The notes under the pieces are model-generated. The model was not told the origin of the DNA, made no database searches, and worked only from the letters and a program-made list of their open reading frames with translations. A DNA stretch of 50,683 nucleotides from Actinomycetota bacterium (GTDB taxonomy: Bacteria; Actinomycetota; Acidimicrobiia; Spongiisociales; ZC4RG35): positions 40,252-90,934 of the forward strand of contig DAIOGO010000001.1 in assembly GCA_036745195.1 (NCBI GenBank), in the 5' to 3' direction. Made by a program: the position numbers and the translations under genes. Below are positions 15,747 through 25,705 of the stretch, in pieces (the first letter of the stretch is position 1; every line of letters begins with the position of its first letter).

Positions 15747-16829
15747 GTGCGTATCAGAGCCGAGCGTGACGATCTGGGGGATGTGTTCGCCCGCGCCAAC
15801 CGTGCAGTCGGTCCACGTGCTGCTCTCCCCGTGCTGCAAGGGTTGTTGTGCGAGGTGTCGGGTGGAACCCTTCAGGTCACCGGCACCGATCTCGAGATGA
15901 CCGTCCGCACCCAACTCGGAGTCGAGGTTCTGCAGGAGGGACGAGCCGTGATCCCCGGGAAACTCCTGGAGCAGGCGGTCCGGCGTATGCCCAAGGGCCC
16001 GGTCACGATCGGAGCCGAAGAGGGTGAGGTGGAGATCCTCGGGAAGGGCCCCCGTTTTGGGCTCAGGCTTCTCTCCGCCGACGACTTCCCGTCGGTCGAC
16101 ACCACCCCGGCGGGCGGCACCGAGGTCGACGGCGACCGGTTGGCCCAGGCGGTGTCCCAGGTGGCGGTAGCCGCTTCGAGCGACGGGGCTCGACCCATCA
16201 TCACCGGCGTCTTGTTCGAATCCACCGAAGCCGGCGTCCGCCTGGTGGCCACCGACTCATACCGGTTGGCGGTGTGTGACCTGGAAGGACTCGGGATCGA
16301 GGGTTCTGGCCTCATCCCGGCCCGGGGGCTGAAGGAGTTGCCGCGGACCATCGGTTCGAGCAAGGTGAGGGTCGATCTGTCCGGGCGAGAGGGGGTGTTC
16401 GGATCCGATCGGGGCACGCTCCGGTTGAGGATGATCGAGGGAGCTTTCCCCAAGTACCGGACCCTCCTCCCCGAGTCCTACCCCAATCAGGTCATCGTCT
16501 CGAAGGAGTCCCTCCTCGAGGCATTGGGTCGGGTGGCGCTGGTCGCCGAGGATCACATCCCGGTTCGGCTCCGCATTTCCGAGGGAGGGGTGGAGATCGC
16601 CGTGAGCCGGCAGGACGTCGGTGGCGAGACCGAACACCTCAGTGGTGAGTACAAGGGCGAGGCCGACGAGGTGACGATCGCCTTCAATCCTCGCTATCTG
16701 GCCGACGGGGTGACCGCGGTGAACAGCGAACACGTCCGCATCCAGGTGATCGACAGCCTCAAACCGAGTGTCATCGATTCGCTCGACGACCCGGCATTTC
16801 TCTACCTGCTCATGCCGGTTCGCATCTGA
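15747..16829 (+). CDS. dnaN: DNA polymerase III beta sliding clamp
   Basis: 360-aa ORF with typical N-terminus (LPVLQGLLCEVSGGTLQVTGTDLEM) and C-terminus (YLLMPVRI). GTG start after GGAAGGA. Confidence 0.95.
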   Translation: MRIRAERDDLGDVFARANRAVGPRAALPVLQGLLCEVSGGTLQVTGTDLEMTVRTQLGVEVLQEGRAVIPGKLLEQAVRRMPKGPVTIGAEEGEVEILGKGPRFGLRLLSADDFPSVDTTPAGGTEVDGDRLAQAVSQVAVAASSDGARPIITGVLFESTEAGVRLVATDSYRLAVCDLEGLGIEGSGLIPARGLKELPRTIGSSKVRVDLSGREGVFGSDRGTLRLRMIEGAFPKYRTLLPESYPNQVIVSKESLLEALGRVALVAEDHIPVRLRISEGGVEIAVSRQDVGGETEHLSGEYKGEADEVTIAFNPRYLADGVTAVNSEHVRIQVIDSLKPSVIDSLDDPAFLYLLMPVRI

Positions 16830-17924
16830 ATGCGGCTTGGCTGGATCGCCATAACCGGCTTCCGGTCCCATCACAGCCTGGAGTGGCATCCCGATTCGGA
16901 TACCAACCTGATCGTCGGCAAGAACGGGGCCGGAAAGACCAACCTCCTCGAGGGGATCGGATATCTCGCCACGCTCCGGTCGTTTCGGGGGGCCCCCGAC
17001 GAGAGCCTGGTCGAGTACGAGGCGGACTCGGCGGTCACCCGGGGGGAGGTGGAGGGCTTCGACACCAAGACGCTCATCGAGATCGAGATTCGGCGGCGGG
17101 GCGGCCGGCGCGCCCTGGTCAACCGGCAGCGGTTGGCTCGCACCACAGATCTCCTCGGCTACATCCGGTTGGTGGCCTTCCTCCCCGAGGACCTGGAGAT
17201 CGTCAAGGGCGGCCCGTCGGAGCGGCGGCGCCTGCTCGACGATCTGGCGGTGCAGGTGTGGCCGGCCAGCCACCTCGAGCAGATGGAATTCGATCGTTCC
17301 CTGCGGCAACGGAATGCGTTCCTGAAGCAGGGGGACCGTGACACCACGACGCTGGGGGTGTGGGACGAGCGCCTCGCCCAGGCGGCCGGGAAGATCGCGG
17401 CCCGACGGGCCCGTATCGTCGGCCTGCTGATGGGGACGGTCGACGGGGCGTACCGGCGAATCGCCGGCAGTGATGCCAGGATCGGCTTCGAGTTGTTGTC
17501 CGACTGGGGGGGCTCGCTCGACCTCAAGACCACCTCGGCCGAGTTCACCGACCGCTGCCGGGAGGCCCTCGAGAAGGGGAGGCGCGCCGACCAGGAACGC
17601 CGGATCACCCTGTGGGGCCCGCACCGTGACGACCCGATGCTGATTCTCGACGGACATGACCTGCGTTATCACGGGAGCCAGGGAGAGCAGAGAACGGCCG
17701 TGCTGGCGCTCCGCCTGGCAGGTCACCGGGTGATCGAGGATGTGGTGGGAGAGCCACCGATCCTGTTGCTCGACGACGTCTTCTCCGAACTCGACGCCGA
17801 CCGGTCGTCGGCGCTGGCGTCGGCGCTGCCCGATCACGGCCAGGCCTTCGTCTCGACCGCCGACCGGCGGGACGTGCCCCTCGAGGGGCGAGCGTGGCAC
17901 CTCGAGGGAGGAATCATCTCATGA
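16830..17924 (+). CDS. recF: DNA replication and repair protein RecF
   Basis: Walker A GKNGAGKTNLLEGI, ABC signature GSQGEQRTAVLALRLA, Walker B ILLLDDVFSELD. ATG immediately follows the dnaN stop (TGAATG). Confidence 0.95.
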   Translation: MRLGWIAITGFRSHHSLEWHPDSDTNLIVGKNGAGKTNLLEGIGYLATLRSFRGAPDESLVEYEADSAVTRGEVEGFDTKTLIEIEIRRRGGRRALVNRQRLARTTDLLGYIRLVAFLPEDLEIVKGGPSERRRLLDDLAVQVWPASHLEQMEFDRSLRQRNAFLKQGDRDTTTLGVWDERLAQAAGKIAARRARIVGLLMGTVDGAYRRIAGSDARIGFELLSDWGGSLDLKTTSAEFTDRCREALEKGRRADQERRITLWGPHRDDPMLILDGHDLRYHGSQGEQRTAVLALRLAGHRVIEDVVGEPPILLLDDVFSELDADRSSALASALPDHGQAFVSTADRRDVPLEGRAWHLEGGIIS

Positions 17925-18232
17925 CCCGCCAGCCGACCGGGATCGGAGAGATCCTCGACTCGGTGCTCCGTTCGATCGGATTGAGTGATCCGGCGGTGTG
18001 GAAACGGCTCGAGGCCGAGTGGCCGGAAGTCGCCGGAGAGCCCTGGTCGACCATGTCGAGGCCGGTGGCGCTCACCCGATCCGTCCTGCTGGTGGAGGCG
18101 GTTTCCCCGGCGGCGGTGTCGATCCTGCGCTTCGGGGTGGCGGGCCTCAGCCAGCGGCTCAATCAGGCCCTGGGGGCAGGGGTCGTCAAAGACGTCAAGG
18201 TTCGCCCGCCGGGTCGTCCGGGGAGTCGCTGA
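17921..18232 (+). CDS. DUF721 (DciA-like) protein, Rv0004 position
   Basis: ~103-aa product MTRQPTGIGEILDSVLRSIGL...LLVEAVSPAAVSILRF, typical of DUF721, between recF and gyrB. ATG 17921 overlaps the recF stop (ATGA). Confidence 0.8.
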   Translation: MTRQPTGIGEILDSVLRSIGLSDPAVWKRLEAEWPEVAGEPWSTMSRPVALTRSVLLVEAVSPAAVSILRFGVAGLSQRLNQALGAGVVKDVKVRPPGRPGSR

Positions 18233-18234
18233 GC

Positions 18235-18263
18235 TTTTACCCGGAGCCCGAAACGGCTAGAAT
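18235..18263 (+). promoter_or_regulatory. Candidate sigma-70-type promoter for gyrB-gyrA
   Basis: TTTTAC (18235-18240), 17-bp spacer, TAGAAT (18258-18263), about 160 nt upstream of the gyrB GTG. Pattern match only. Confidence 0.35.
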
Positions 18264-18424
18264 TACACCCAGCGGATTTCCCCCTCAACCCCCAATGGTT
18301 TGTTGTTCGACGTGCCGGGGGCGGGTCCCCACTGCCCGGGGGAGATGTCGTTCGGGACGCTGCTTCTGCGGATGGCGGACCGCCGAGGTGAGGACCGCAG
18401 ACGGAAGAGAGATCGAGGAGACAC

Positions 18425-20335
18425 GTGGCATCCACATCAGGTTCGTACGGAGCTTCCCAGATCACCGTGCTCCGGGATCTCGAGCCCGTTCGCAAACGGC
18501 CCGGGATGTACATCGGCTCGACCGGGCCGCGCGGGCTGCACCATCTCGTCTGGGAGGTCGTCGACAACGCCGTCGACGAGGCGATGGCCGGCTACTGCAC
18601 CAGGATCGACGTCACCCTGCTGGCCGACGGCGGTGTGCGGGTCGTCGACAACGGTCGCGGGATCCCGGTCGACACCCACCCGGAGACAAAGGAATCGGCG
18701 CTGACCACCGTCCTGACCAAGCTCCACGCCGGGGGCAAGTTCGAGAGCGGGGCCTATCAGGTGTCGGGAGGCCTGCACGGGGTGGGGGTGTCGGTGGTGA
18801 ACGCCCTCTCGTCCCGTTTGGAGGCCGAGGTGCGGCGCGACGGGTTCGTCTGGGAGCAGGCGTTCGAACGCGGGCATCCCAAGGGCAAAGTCGCCAAGGG
18901 GAGACCGTGGAAGCGCGACACCGGCACGACCGTGACCTTTTGGGCAGACAGCCAGATCTTCACCGAGACGACGATGTACGACTACGACGTCGTGGCCTCT
19001 CGCCTGCGCGAGATGGCCTTCCTCAATCGTGGGGTGGAGATCTCACTGACCGACGAGCGTCAGGATCCCGTCAAGACCGAGCAGTTCATGTACCGGGGCG
19101 GGCTGGTGGATTTCGTCAAACACCTCAACACCAACCGTGAGCCGTTACACGCCCACGTGATCGAACTGACCGACGTCTCCGAGGAAGCCGAGATGGAGAT
19201 CGCCCTGCAGTGGACGACGGCCTACACCGAGTCTGTCCTGAGTTTCGCCAACAACATCAACACCCACGAGGGCGGGACTCACGAGGAAGGCTTCCGCAAG
19301 GCGCTGACCAACGCCATCAACGCCTTTGCCCGTTCCAAGAACCTTCTCAAGGAGAAGGACCAGAACCTCACCGGGGAAGACATCCGGGAAGGTCTCACGG
19401 CGGTCGTCTCGGTCAAGGTGCGTCAGCCCCAGTTCGAAGGTCAGACCAAGACCAAGCTCGGCAACAGCGAGATTCGCTCCTACGTGGAGCGGGCGCTCAA
19501 CCAGAAGCTGCCGGAGTGGCTGGAGCGGTATTCGACCGAGTCGAGGCGCATCGTCGAGAAGTCGGTGACGGCCGCCAAGGCCCGCGAGGCCGCTCGCAAG
19601 GCCCGCGAGCTCACCCGACGCAAGTCGGGGCTCGAGTCCGGGGGTCTCCCCGACAAGCTGGCCGACTGTTCGTCACGAGAGCCCGAGTACTGCGAGCTGT
19701 TCATCGTGGAAGGCAACTCGGCCGCCGGGCCGGCCAAAGAGGCGCGCGACTCCGAGCACCAGGCGGTGCTCCCGATCCGGGGAAAGATCCTCAACGTCGA
19801 GAAGGCCCGCCTCGCCAAGGCCCTGCAGAACGCCGAGGTGCAGGACATCATCACCGCCATGGGGACGGGGATCGGCGAGGAGTTCGACGCCACCAAGGCC
19901 CGTTATCACAAGGTGGTGCTGCTGGCCGACGCCGACGTGGACGGAGCCCACATCCGCACCCTCCTCCTCACCCTGTTCTTCCGCCACATGCGCGGTCTGA
20001 TCGAGTCCGGCTACATGTACATCGCCCAGCCGCCGCTGTATCGGGTGAAGGTCGGCTCCAAGGTGTACTACCTCAAGGACGATGCCGCCCTCGAGGCCTT
20101 CAAGGTCGACCATCCCAAGGTCAAGCCCAGCCGGTTCAAGGGTCTGGGGGAGATGAACGCCGACGAGTTGTGGGACACGACCATGAACCCCGAGACCCGC
20201 ACTCTGCTGCGGGTCGAGCTCGATGATGCCGGGCGGGCCGAACAGACCTTCTCCACGTTGATGGGAGAGGACGTCGCCGACCGCAAGGCGTTCATCCAGC
20301 AGAACGCCAACGACGTCCGCTTCCTGGATATCTGA
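18425..20335 (+). CDS. gyrB: DNA gyrase subunit B
   Basis: GHKL ATPase motifs ([32 protein letters not shown]), Toprim EGNSAG and [22 protein letters not shown] start after GAGGAG. Confidence 0.97.
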   Translation: MASTSGSYGASQITVLRDLEPVRKRPGMYIGSTGPRGLHHLVWEVVDNAVDEAMAGYCTRIDVTLLADGGVRVVDNGRGIPVDTHPETKESALTTVLTKLHAGGKFESGAYQVSGGLHGVGVSVVNALSSRLEAEVRRDGFVWEQAFERGHPKGKVAKGRPWKRDTGTTVTFWADSQIFTETTMYDYDVVASRLREMAFLNRGVEISLTDERQDPVKTEQFMYRGGLVDFVKHLNTNREPLHAHVIELTDVSEEAEMEIALQWTTAYTESVLSFANNINTHEGGTHEEGFRKALTNAINAFARSKNLLKEKDQNLTGEDIREGLTAVVSVKVRQPQFEGQTKTKLGNSEIRSYVERALNQKLPEWLERYSTESRRIVEKSVTAAKAREAARKARELTRRKSGLESGGLPDKLADCSSREPEYCELFIVEGNSAAGPAKEARDSEHQAVLPIRGKILNVEKARLAKALQNAEVQDIITAMGTGIGEEFDATKARYHKVVLLADADVDGAHIRTLLLTLFFRHMRGLIESGYMYIAQPPLYRVKVGSKVYYLKDDAALEAFKVDHPKVKPSRFKGLGEMNADELWDTTMNPETRTLLRVELDDAGRAEQTFSTLMGEDVADRKAFIQQNANDVRFLDI

Positions 20336-20345
20336 TCGGAGCGCC

Positions 20346-22784
20346 ATGAGCGAAGAGACCACCGAATTCGAAGAGCGGGAACAGCCCGAGATCGACATCA
20401 ACACCGAGATGGAGCAGTCGTTCATCGACTATGCCATGTCGGTCATCGTGTCCCGGGCGTTGCCCGACGTTCGCGACGGGCTGAAGCCGGTGCAGCGCCG
20501 AATCATCTGGTCGATGTCGGAGAACAACATCGGCCCCACCACCGCCCACCGCAAGTGCGCCAAGGTGGTCGGCGACGTCATGGGCAACTACCACCCGCAC
20601 GGCGACCAGGCCATCTACGACGCCCTGGTGCGGATGGGTCAGCACTTCTCGATGCGCCATCTCCTCATCGACCCGCAGGGGAACTTCGGCACCATCGACG
20701 ACCCGCCGGCCGCTCCCCGTTACACCGAGTGCCGGCTGTCGCATCTCTCCATGCGGCTGCTCGAGGGGATCGACGAGAACACGGTGAATTTCGAGCCCAA
20801 CTACTCCGAGGAGATGCAGCAACCGACGGTGTTGCCGGCCCGCTTTCCCAACCTGCTCGTCAACGGGAGTCAGGGAATCGCGGTGGGGATGGCCACCAAC
20901 ATCCCGCCGCACAACCTCGGCGAGGTGATCGACGCCTGCGTCCACATGATCGACAACCCCGACGCCGACTCGGAGGAGTTGATGGGCTTCGTGAAGGGGC
21001 CCGACTTCCCGACCGGGGGTTACCTGGTCGGTTTCACGGGCATCAAGGACGCCCTCGCCTCCGGGCGGGGATCGGTGAAGATCAGGGCCGTGGCCGACGT
21101 CCAGGAGCTGAAGCGGGGCCGGACCGGCATCGTGGTGACCGAGTTGCCGTTCCAGGTATCGATCGAACGGGTCATCTCCAAGATCAAGACGCTGGTCGAC
21201 GACAAGCGGATCACCGGCATCTCGGATGTCCGCAACGAGTCCTCGTCGCGGGTCGGCACCCGTCTGGTGATCGAGCTCAAGCGGGACGCGGTTCCCCAGG
21301 TGGTCCTCAACCAGTTGTTCAAGAACACCCCGCTCCAGGACAGCTTTGGATACAACGTGGTGGCGCTGGTCGACGGAGTCCCCCGAACCCTCAACCTGGC
21401 GCAGATGATCGGTCACTATCTCGATCATCAGATGGAGGTCATCGAGCGGCGGACCCGCGACCGCCTCGAGAAGGCGCAGGCCAGGGCCCACATCCTCGAA
21501 GGTTTGATGATCGCGGTCGACAACCTCGACGAGGTGATCGGGATCATCCGGGGATCGGCCGACACCGCCACCGCCCGGGACGCACTGATCGAACGGTTCG
21601 CCCTCTCCGAGGTCCAGGCCAACGCCATTCTCGAAATGCGGTTGCGCCAGCTCACCGCCCTGTCGATCAACGACCTGCGGGAGGAGTTGGAGCGGCTCCG
21701 GACGACTATCGCCGAGTTGGAGGCGATCCTCGCCAGCCCGATTCGGCGCCGCGAGATCATCAAGACCGAATTGGCCGAGATCAAGGAGAAGTTCGCTCAA
21801 CCCCGGCGGTCGCAGATCATCCCCGACGAAGGGGACCTCTCACTGGAGGATCTGATCGCCGACGAGGAACTGATCGTCACCGTGTCCCAGTCCGGGTACG
21901 TGAAGTCGGTTCCGACCAGCACCTACCGCACCCAGGCCAGGGGAGGAAGAGGCGTCAAGGCGGCCGAGTTGAACGAAGACGACGTGGTGGTCCACATGGT
22001 CCACACCACCGCCCACGCCTATCTGTTGTTCTTCACCAACAAGGGGCGGGTGCATCGAGCCAAAGCCCACCAGATCCCCAAGCAGTCGCGGATCGCCAAG
22101 GGGGTGCTGGCCCAGTCGGTTCTGCCCCTGGAGCCGGAGGAGCGGGTCCAGGCGGTTATCGACACCCGCGACTACGAGACCAACCGTTACCTCGTGATGG
22201 TGACCAAGCTCGGTCAGGCGAAGAAGACAGAGCTGAAGGAGTACGACTCCCGCAATCAGACGCTCATCGCCATCAACCTGGCCGACGACGACGAGCTGGT
22301 GGCGGTGCGCACCACCAACGGCGAGAACGACATGCTTCTGTTCACCAAGAATGGACAGGGGATCCGCTTCTCCGAAGGTGACCTCCGGCCGATGGGCCGG
22401 GCCACCCAGGGCGTGCGCGGGATCAAGCTCCGAACCGGCGACGAGGTGGTGGGGGCCGCCTCGAACACCGAGGCGGAGGAGGTCCTGATCATGACCTCGC
22501 GCGGATTCGGGAAACGAACGCTGATGGATCAGTTCCCCAAGCAGAACCGGGGCGGGATCGGGGTGAAGGCGATGAAGCTGACCAAACCGCGGGGAACCCT
22601 GATCGGTGCCCGGGCAGTGTCGAGGGAGATGGAGGTGTTCCTGATCTCGTCGACCGGCATCGGCATTCGCACCAAGGTCTCCAGCATCTCCCGCCAGCAG
22701 CGCGATGCGACCGGCGTGAAGGTCATGGATCTCGGTGGGGGAGAACTGGCGGCGTTTGCCATCGTGGTCGGCGAAGACGAGTGA
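20346..22784 (+). CDS. gyrA: DNA gyrase subunit A
   Basis: [22 protein letters not shown] region [15 protein letters not shown], catalytic Tyr context [11 protein letters not shown]-terminal beta-pinwheel repeats. Confidence 0.97.
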   Translation: MSEETTEFEEREQPEIDINTEMEQSFIDYAMSVIVSRALPDVRDGLKPVQRRIIWSMSENNIGPTTAHRKCAKVVGDVMGNYHPHGDQAIYDALVRMGQHFSMRHLLIDPQGNFGTIDDPPAAPRYTECRLSHLSMRLLEGIDENTVNFEPNYSEEMQQPTVLPARFPNLLVNGSQGIAVGMATNIPPHNLGEVIDACVHMIDNPDADSEELMGFVKGPDFPTGGYLVGFTGIKDALASGRGSVKIRAVADVQELKRGRTGIVVTELPFQVSIERVISKIKTLVDDKRITGISDVRNESSSRVGTRLVIELKRDAVPQVVLNQLFKNTPLQDSFGYNVVALVDGVPRTLNLAQMIGHYLDHQMEVIERRTRDRLEKAQARAHILEGLMIAVDNLDEVIGIIRGSADTATARDALIERFALSEVQANAILEMRLRQLTALSINDLREELERLRTTIAELEAILASPIRRREIIKTELAEIKEKFAQPRRSQIIPDEGDLSLEDLIADEELIVTVSQSGYVKSVPTSTYRTQARGGRGVKAAELNEDDVVVHMVHTTAHAYLLFFTNKGRVHRAKAHQIPKQSRIAKGVLAQSVLPLEPEERVQAVIDTRDYETNRYLVMVTKLGQAKKTELKEYDSRNQTLIAINLADDDELVAVRTTNGENDMLLFTKNGQGIRFSEGDLRPMGRATQGVRGIKLRTGDEVVGAASNTEAEEVLIMTSRGFGKRTLMDQFPKQNRGGIGVKAMKLTKPRGTLIGARAVSREMEVFLISSTGIGIRTKVSSISRQQRDATGVKVMDLGGGELAAFAIVVGEDE

Positions 22785-22846
22785 AACGGCGCGGCGGTCG
22801 CGGGGCTGAAGGGGTCTCCGGGTAGACTCCCCGGAGAGGAGATGTC

Positions 22847-23308
22847 ATGACTCAAGTGCGACGAGTTCGGCGGATCATCCGCAAGTTCGATGCCTGGACC
22901 GTGTTCAAGGTGTCGGCGGTCGTGTGGGTGGTGACCGCCATCGCCCTCGTGCTCGGGTTGGTGATGTTCTGGTCGGTGGTCACGGCTTCCGGGATTCCGC
23001 AACGACTCACCGACTTTCTCATCAAGATCTCCCTGCTCGACCCCGGATCGGCCCCGTTTGCCAACAGCGAGCAATTCATGCGTTTGGCCGTCTACACCGC
23101 CATCCTGGTGGCGGTGGTGGGGACCGCCATGACCACCCTTCTCGCCATCACCTACAACCTGGTGAGCGACGTGGTGGGCGGTATCGAGGTCATCGTGCTC
23201 GAGGAGACCCTGACTGCCGGACCACCCCCGCCGATGGTGCAACGGGTGCGAGCGGTCCCCGCCCGGGATCAACCCACCGAGGAGACCCCGGTCATCGCCA
23301 AACGGTAG
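22847..23308 (+). CDS. DUF3566 transmembrane protein (Rv0007-like, downstream of gyrA)
   Basis: RRIIRKFDAWTVFKVSAVVWVV...ITYNLVSDVVGGIEVIVLEE matches the DUF3566 pattern, and the position after gyrA is conserved. Confidence 0.8.
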   Translation: MTQVRRVRRIIRKFDAWTVFKVSAVVWVVTAIALVLGLVMFWSVVTASGIPQRLTDFLIKISLLDPGSAPFANSEQFMRLAVYTAILVAVVGTAMTTLLAITYNLVSDVVGGIEVIVLEETLTAGPPPPMVQRVRAVPARDQPTEETPVIAKR

Positions 23309-23326
23309 GCGTTCCCGGTCGTCCTT

Positions 23327-23935
23327 CTACCCCGGCCCGGACTCGGCGATCACCAGACCCATGGCGGCGCAGGCGTCGAGATATCGTTCCGCCTGACCCC
23401 ACACCGGTCCCGGGTGGCTGACCAGGAAGACGCCGGCCGCCAGGCAGACCCCCGCCAGGAAGGGTGGGTGGTCGATCACTGCCAGGATCCGGGAGCCATC
23501 ACCGGCGGCCACCGCCGCCAGCGGCCCCTCGGTCGGGCATCGTTCCACCCCGTCGGTGTCGGGTCGCGACAGCAGTCTCCCCACCGGTGGCGGGAAGTCG
23601 AAGAAGCGGGGTGAGCGCTGCGGCCGCCCCGGTTCGGTGATGGCCAGGCGCACCGTCCCGGAGAGGCGGTGGCCGAGACTCCGGGCGAGGCCGATCGGGC
23701 CGGCGTACGTGACCGTCCCGCCGGTGTCGACCGTCACCGAGCGAACGGTGGGGTCGGCACGACCCACCACCACGTCGAACCCGTCGGAAGAAACTACCTT
23801 CGTCATCCGTCCGGCCCAGCCGGGCGGGGGAGCGAAGTCGGAGACGCCGACGGCCGCCACGTCGGGATGGGCCGCCAACGAGGCGGCGGCCCGGAGGGCG
23901 ACTTGGTCGTCACCGGTGACCAGGATCCTCATCAT
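23327..23935 (-). CDS. Hypothetical protein (202 aa), co-oriented and overlapping with the DUF3039 gene
   Basis: This is the C-terminal 202 codons of the 786-aa track ORF, starting MMRILVTGDD (Rossmann-like beta1). The ATG at 23935 overlaps the DUF3039 stop (ATGA). The upstream part of the long ORF is antisense to a real flavoenzyme gene. Confidence 0.55.
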   Translation of the reverse strand: MMRILVTGDDQVALRAAASLAAHPDVAAVGVSDFAPPPGWAGRMTKVVSSDGFDVVVGRADPTVRSVTVDTGGTVTYAGPIGLARSLGHRLSGTVRLAITEPGRPQRSPRFFDFPPPVGRLLSRPDTDGVERCPTEGPLAAVAAGDGSRILAVIDHPPFLAGVCLAAGVFLVSHPGPVWGQAERYLDACAAMGLVIAESGPG

Positions 23936-24168
23936 CGCCCCCGCAGGCTGCCCAGGATCTCCTTGCAGGTCGGACATACCGGATACCGCTCGGGGTCGCG
24001 ATTGGGAATCCAGCGCTTGCCGCACAGCGCCTCGACCTCTACCCCCTCGATGTTGGATCGGACGATGTCGGCCTTCTTGACGTAGTGGGCGAATCGCTCG
24101 TGATCCCCATCCCCCAGTCGGGGGTCGATTCTGAGGTCGGCTTCGGTAGATGGCGGCACCCGGCCCAT
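23932..24168 (-). CDS. DUF3039 domain protein
   Basis: 78-aa product with DHERFAHYVKKADIV...ALCGKRWIPNRDPERYPVCPTCKEI, the conserved actinobacterial DUF3039 core. ATG at 24168. Confidence 0.75.
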   Translation of the reverse strand: MGRVPPSTEADLRIDPRLGDGDHERFAHYVKKADIVRSNIEGVEVEALCGKRWIPNRDPERYPVCPTCKEILGSLRGR

Positions 24169-24271
24169 TGTGCCAGGCGGGACCCCGCCTCCCAACAGTG
24201 GTGATGGGTTGGCCCCTTTTTGGGACTTTCTCCGGTGGACCGCCCCGAGACCGCCGCGATACTCTCGCCCG

Positions 24272-25570
24272 ATGGCCGTGAAGGTGGATGTCGTCGTCGT
24301 CGGCGCCGGAGTCATCGGTGCCGCCACCACATTCGAGCTGGCCCGGCAGGGTCGGGCAGTCACAGTGGTGGATGCCGGGCCGGCGGTGGGAGCCGGATCG
24401 ACCAGTGCCTCCTCCGCCATAATCCGTTTCCACTTCTCCACCTGGGAGGGGGTCCTCACCGCCTGGGAGTCGGCCGCCATGTGGAGGGACTTTCCCCGGC
24501 ACCTGGGGCAGGACCCGGGCGGTCTGGCCCGGTTCGTCGAGACCGGCTGTCTGGTGTTCGACCCCCCCGGGGGCAACCGGGATTCGGTGCTGCCCCTGCT
24601 CGACCGGGCGGGAATCGATTACGAGTTGCTGGCCCCCTCCGATCTCCGGCTCCGTTTCCCCGCCCTCGACATCGGCGACTTCTGGCCGCCGAAGCGAGTC
24701 GACGATCCCGACTTCGCCGCCGAAGCCACTGCCGAACTGGGCGCCTACTTCACCCCCCAGGCCGGCTTCATCGACGACCCGATGCTGGCGGCGGCCAACT
24801 TCATGGCGGCGGCCTCGTCCCACGGAGCCCGTCTCCTCCTCAGGCAACGGGTGGTCGAGGTTCGCCGCGATTCCGGCCGGGTGGCGGGGGTGACCCTGGC
24901 CAGTGGAGAGGAGATCGACGCCCCGGTGGTGGTCAACGCCGGTGGGCCGGAATCCGGTGTCCTCAACCGGTTGGCAGGCGTGGCGGGGGAGATGCGGATT
25001 CGGCACCGCCCGTTGCGCCAGGAAGTCATCGTCGCCGCCGCCCCCGACGGGTTCACCGTTGGTGGAGGTGGCACCGTGGTGAGCGACACCAACTTCGGCA
25101 CCTACTTCCGCCCACACCCGGGGGGAACACTCTTGATGGGAGGGACCGAGCCGGCCTGCGACGAGTTGGAGTGGGTGGCGGATCCGGCGGTGTTCGACGA
25201 ACACCCGACGATGGAGGGATTCGAGCGGATCTCGCTCAGGGTGGCCCGGCGCCTGCCCACGCTGGGCCTTCCCCACCGGCCGGTGGGCCTGGCAGCGTTG
25301 TACGACGCCAGCGACGACTGGCTGCCGATCTACGACCGGAGCAGCCTGGAGGGGTTCTTCATGGCGTGCGGGACCAGTGGCAACCAGTTCAAGAACGCCC
25401 CGATGGCGGGTCGTTTCATGGCGGCACTGGTGGAGGCGAGCGAGCGGGGGATCGACCACGACACCACACCGATCCAGGTGGTCGGGCCCCTCACCGGTCA
25501 ACCGATCGACCTCGGCGCCTTCTCCCGTCTCCGGGATCGGGCGGTCACCTCTGGCTCGGTGATGGGCTGA
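24272..25570 (+). CDS. FAD-dependent oxidoreductase (DAO family, sarcosine oxidase beta-like)
   Basis: ATG 24272 gives MAVKVDVVVVGAGVIGAATTFELARQG (GxGxxG dinucleotide fold). 432 aa. The C-terminal part has GTSGNQFKNAP, typical of the DAO family. Confidence 0.85.
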   Translation: MAVKVDVVVVGAGVIGAATTFELARQGRAVTVVDAGPAVGAGSTSASSAIIRFHFSTWEGVLTAWESAAMWRDFPRHLGQDPGGLARFVETGCLVFDPPGGNRDSVLPLLDRAGIDYELLAPSDLRLRFPALDIGDFWPPKRVDDPDFAAEATAELGAYFTPQAGFIDDPMLAAANFMAAASSHGARLLLRQRVVEVRRDSGRVAGVTLASGEEIDAPVVVNAGGPESGVLNRLAGVAGEMRIRHRPLRQEVIVAAAPDGFTVGGGGTVVSDTNFGTYFRPHPGGTLLMGGTEPACDELEWVADPAVFDEHPTMEGFERISLRVARRLPTLGLPHRPVGLAALYDASDDWLPIYDRSSLEGFFMACGTSGNQFKNAPMAGRFMAALVEASERGIDHDTTPIQVVGPLTGQPIDLGAFSRLRDRAVTSGSVMG

Positions 25571-25705
25571 CAATCGACCCCAGGCCGGGCCAGAGCGGTT
25601 GAGGCGTTTCCGACCAGCTGTCGATTTCTCATGGATTCGGTGCCGCTCTAGCGTGGGAACGGCTGCCGCTTGCCGGCGCCTCCCCATTCGTCTCGAGGTT
25701 GGATC

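Noticed and set aside
16257-17900. 547-aa ORF antisense to dnaN/recF
   Set aside because: Same reasoning: recF and dnaN motifs are unambiguous on the plus strand.
20292-22381. Long ORFs 20292..21800 (minus) and 20555..22381 (plus, alternative frame) within gyrA
   Set aside because: gyrA frame 20346..22784 is canonical. The alternatives translate to Arg/Gly/Pro-rich sequence.
22814-22840. Hairpin TCTCCGGG-tagactc-CCCGGAGA after gyrA as a terminator
   Set aside because: There is no T-tract, and it overlaps the SD region (GGAGAGGAG) of the next gene. It cannot be supported as an intrinsic terminator from sequence alone.
23936-25687. N-terminal ~580 codons of the 786-aa minus-strand ORF 23327..25687
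   Set aside because: This portion is antisense to the DAO-family flavoenzyme (24272..25570), which has a clear GxGxxG start, and it overlaps the DUF3039 gene in another frame. Only the last 202 codons (from MMRILVTGDD) were kept as a plausible gene.
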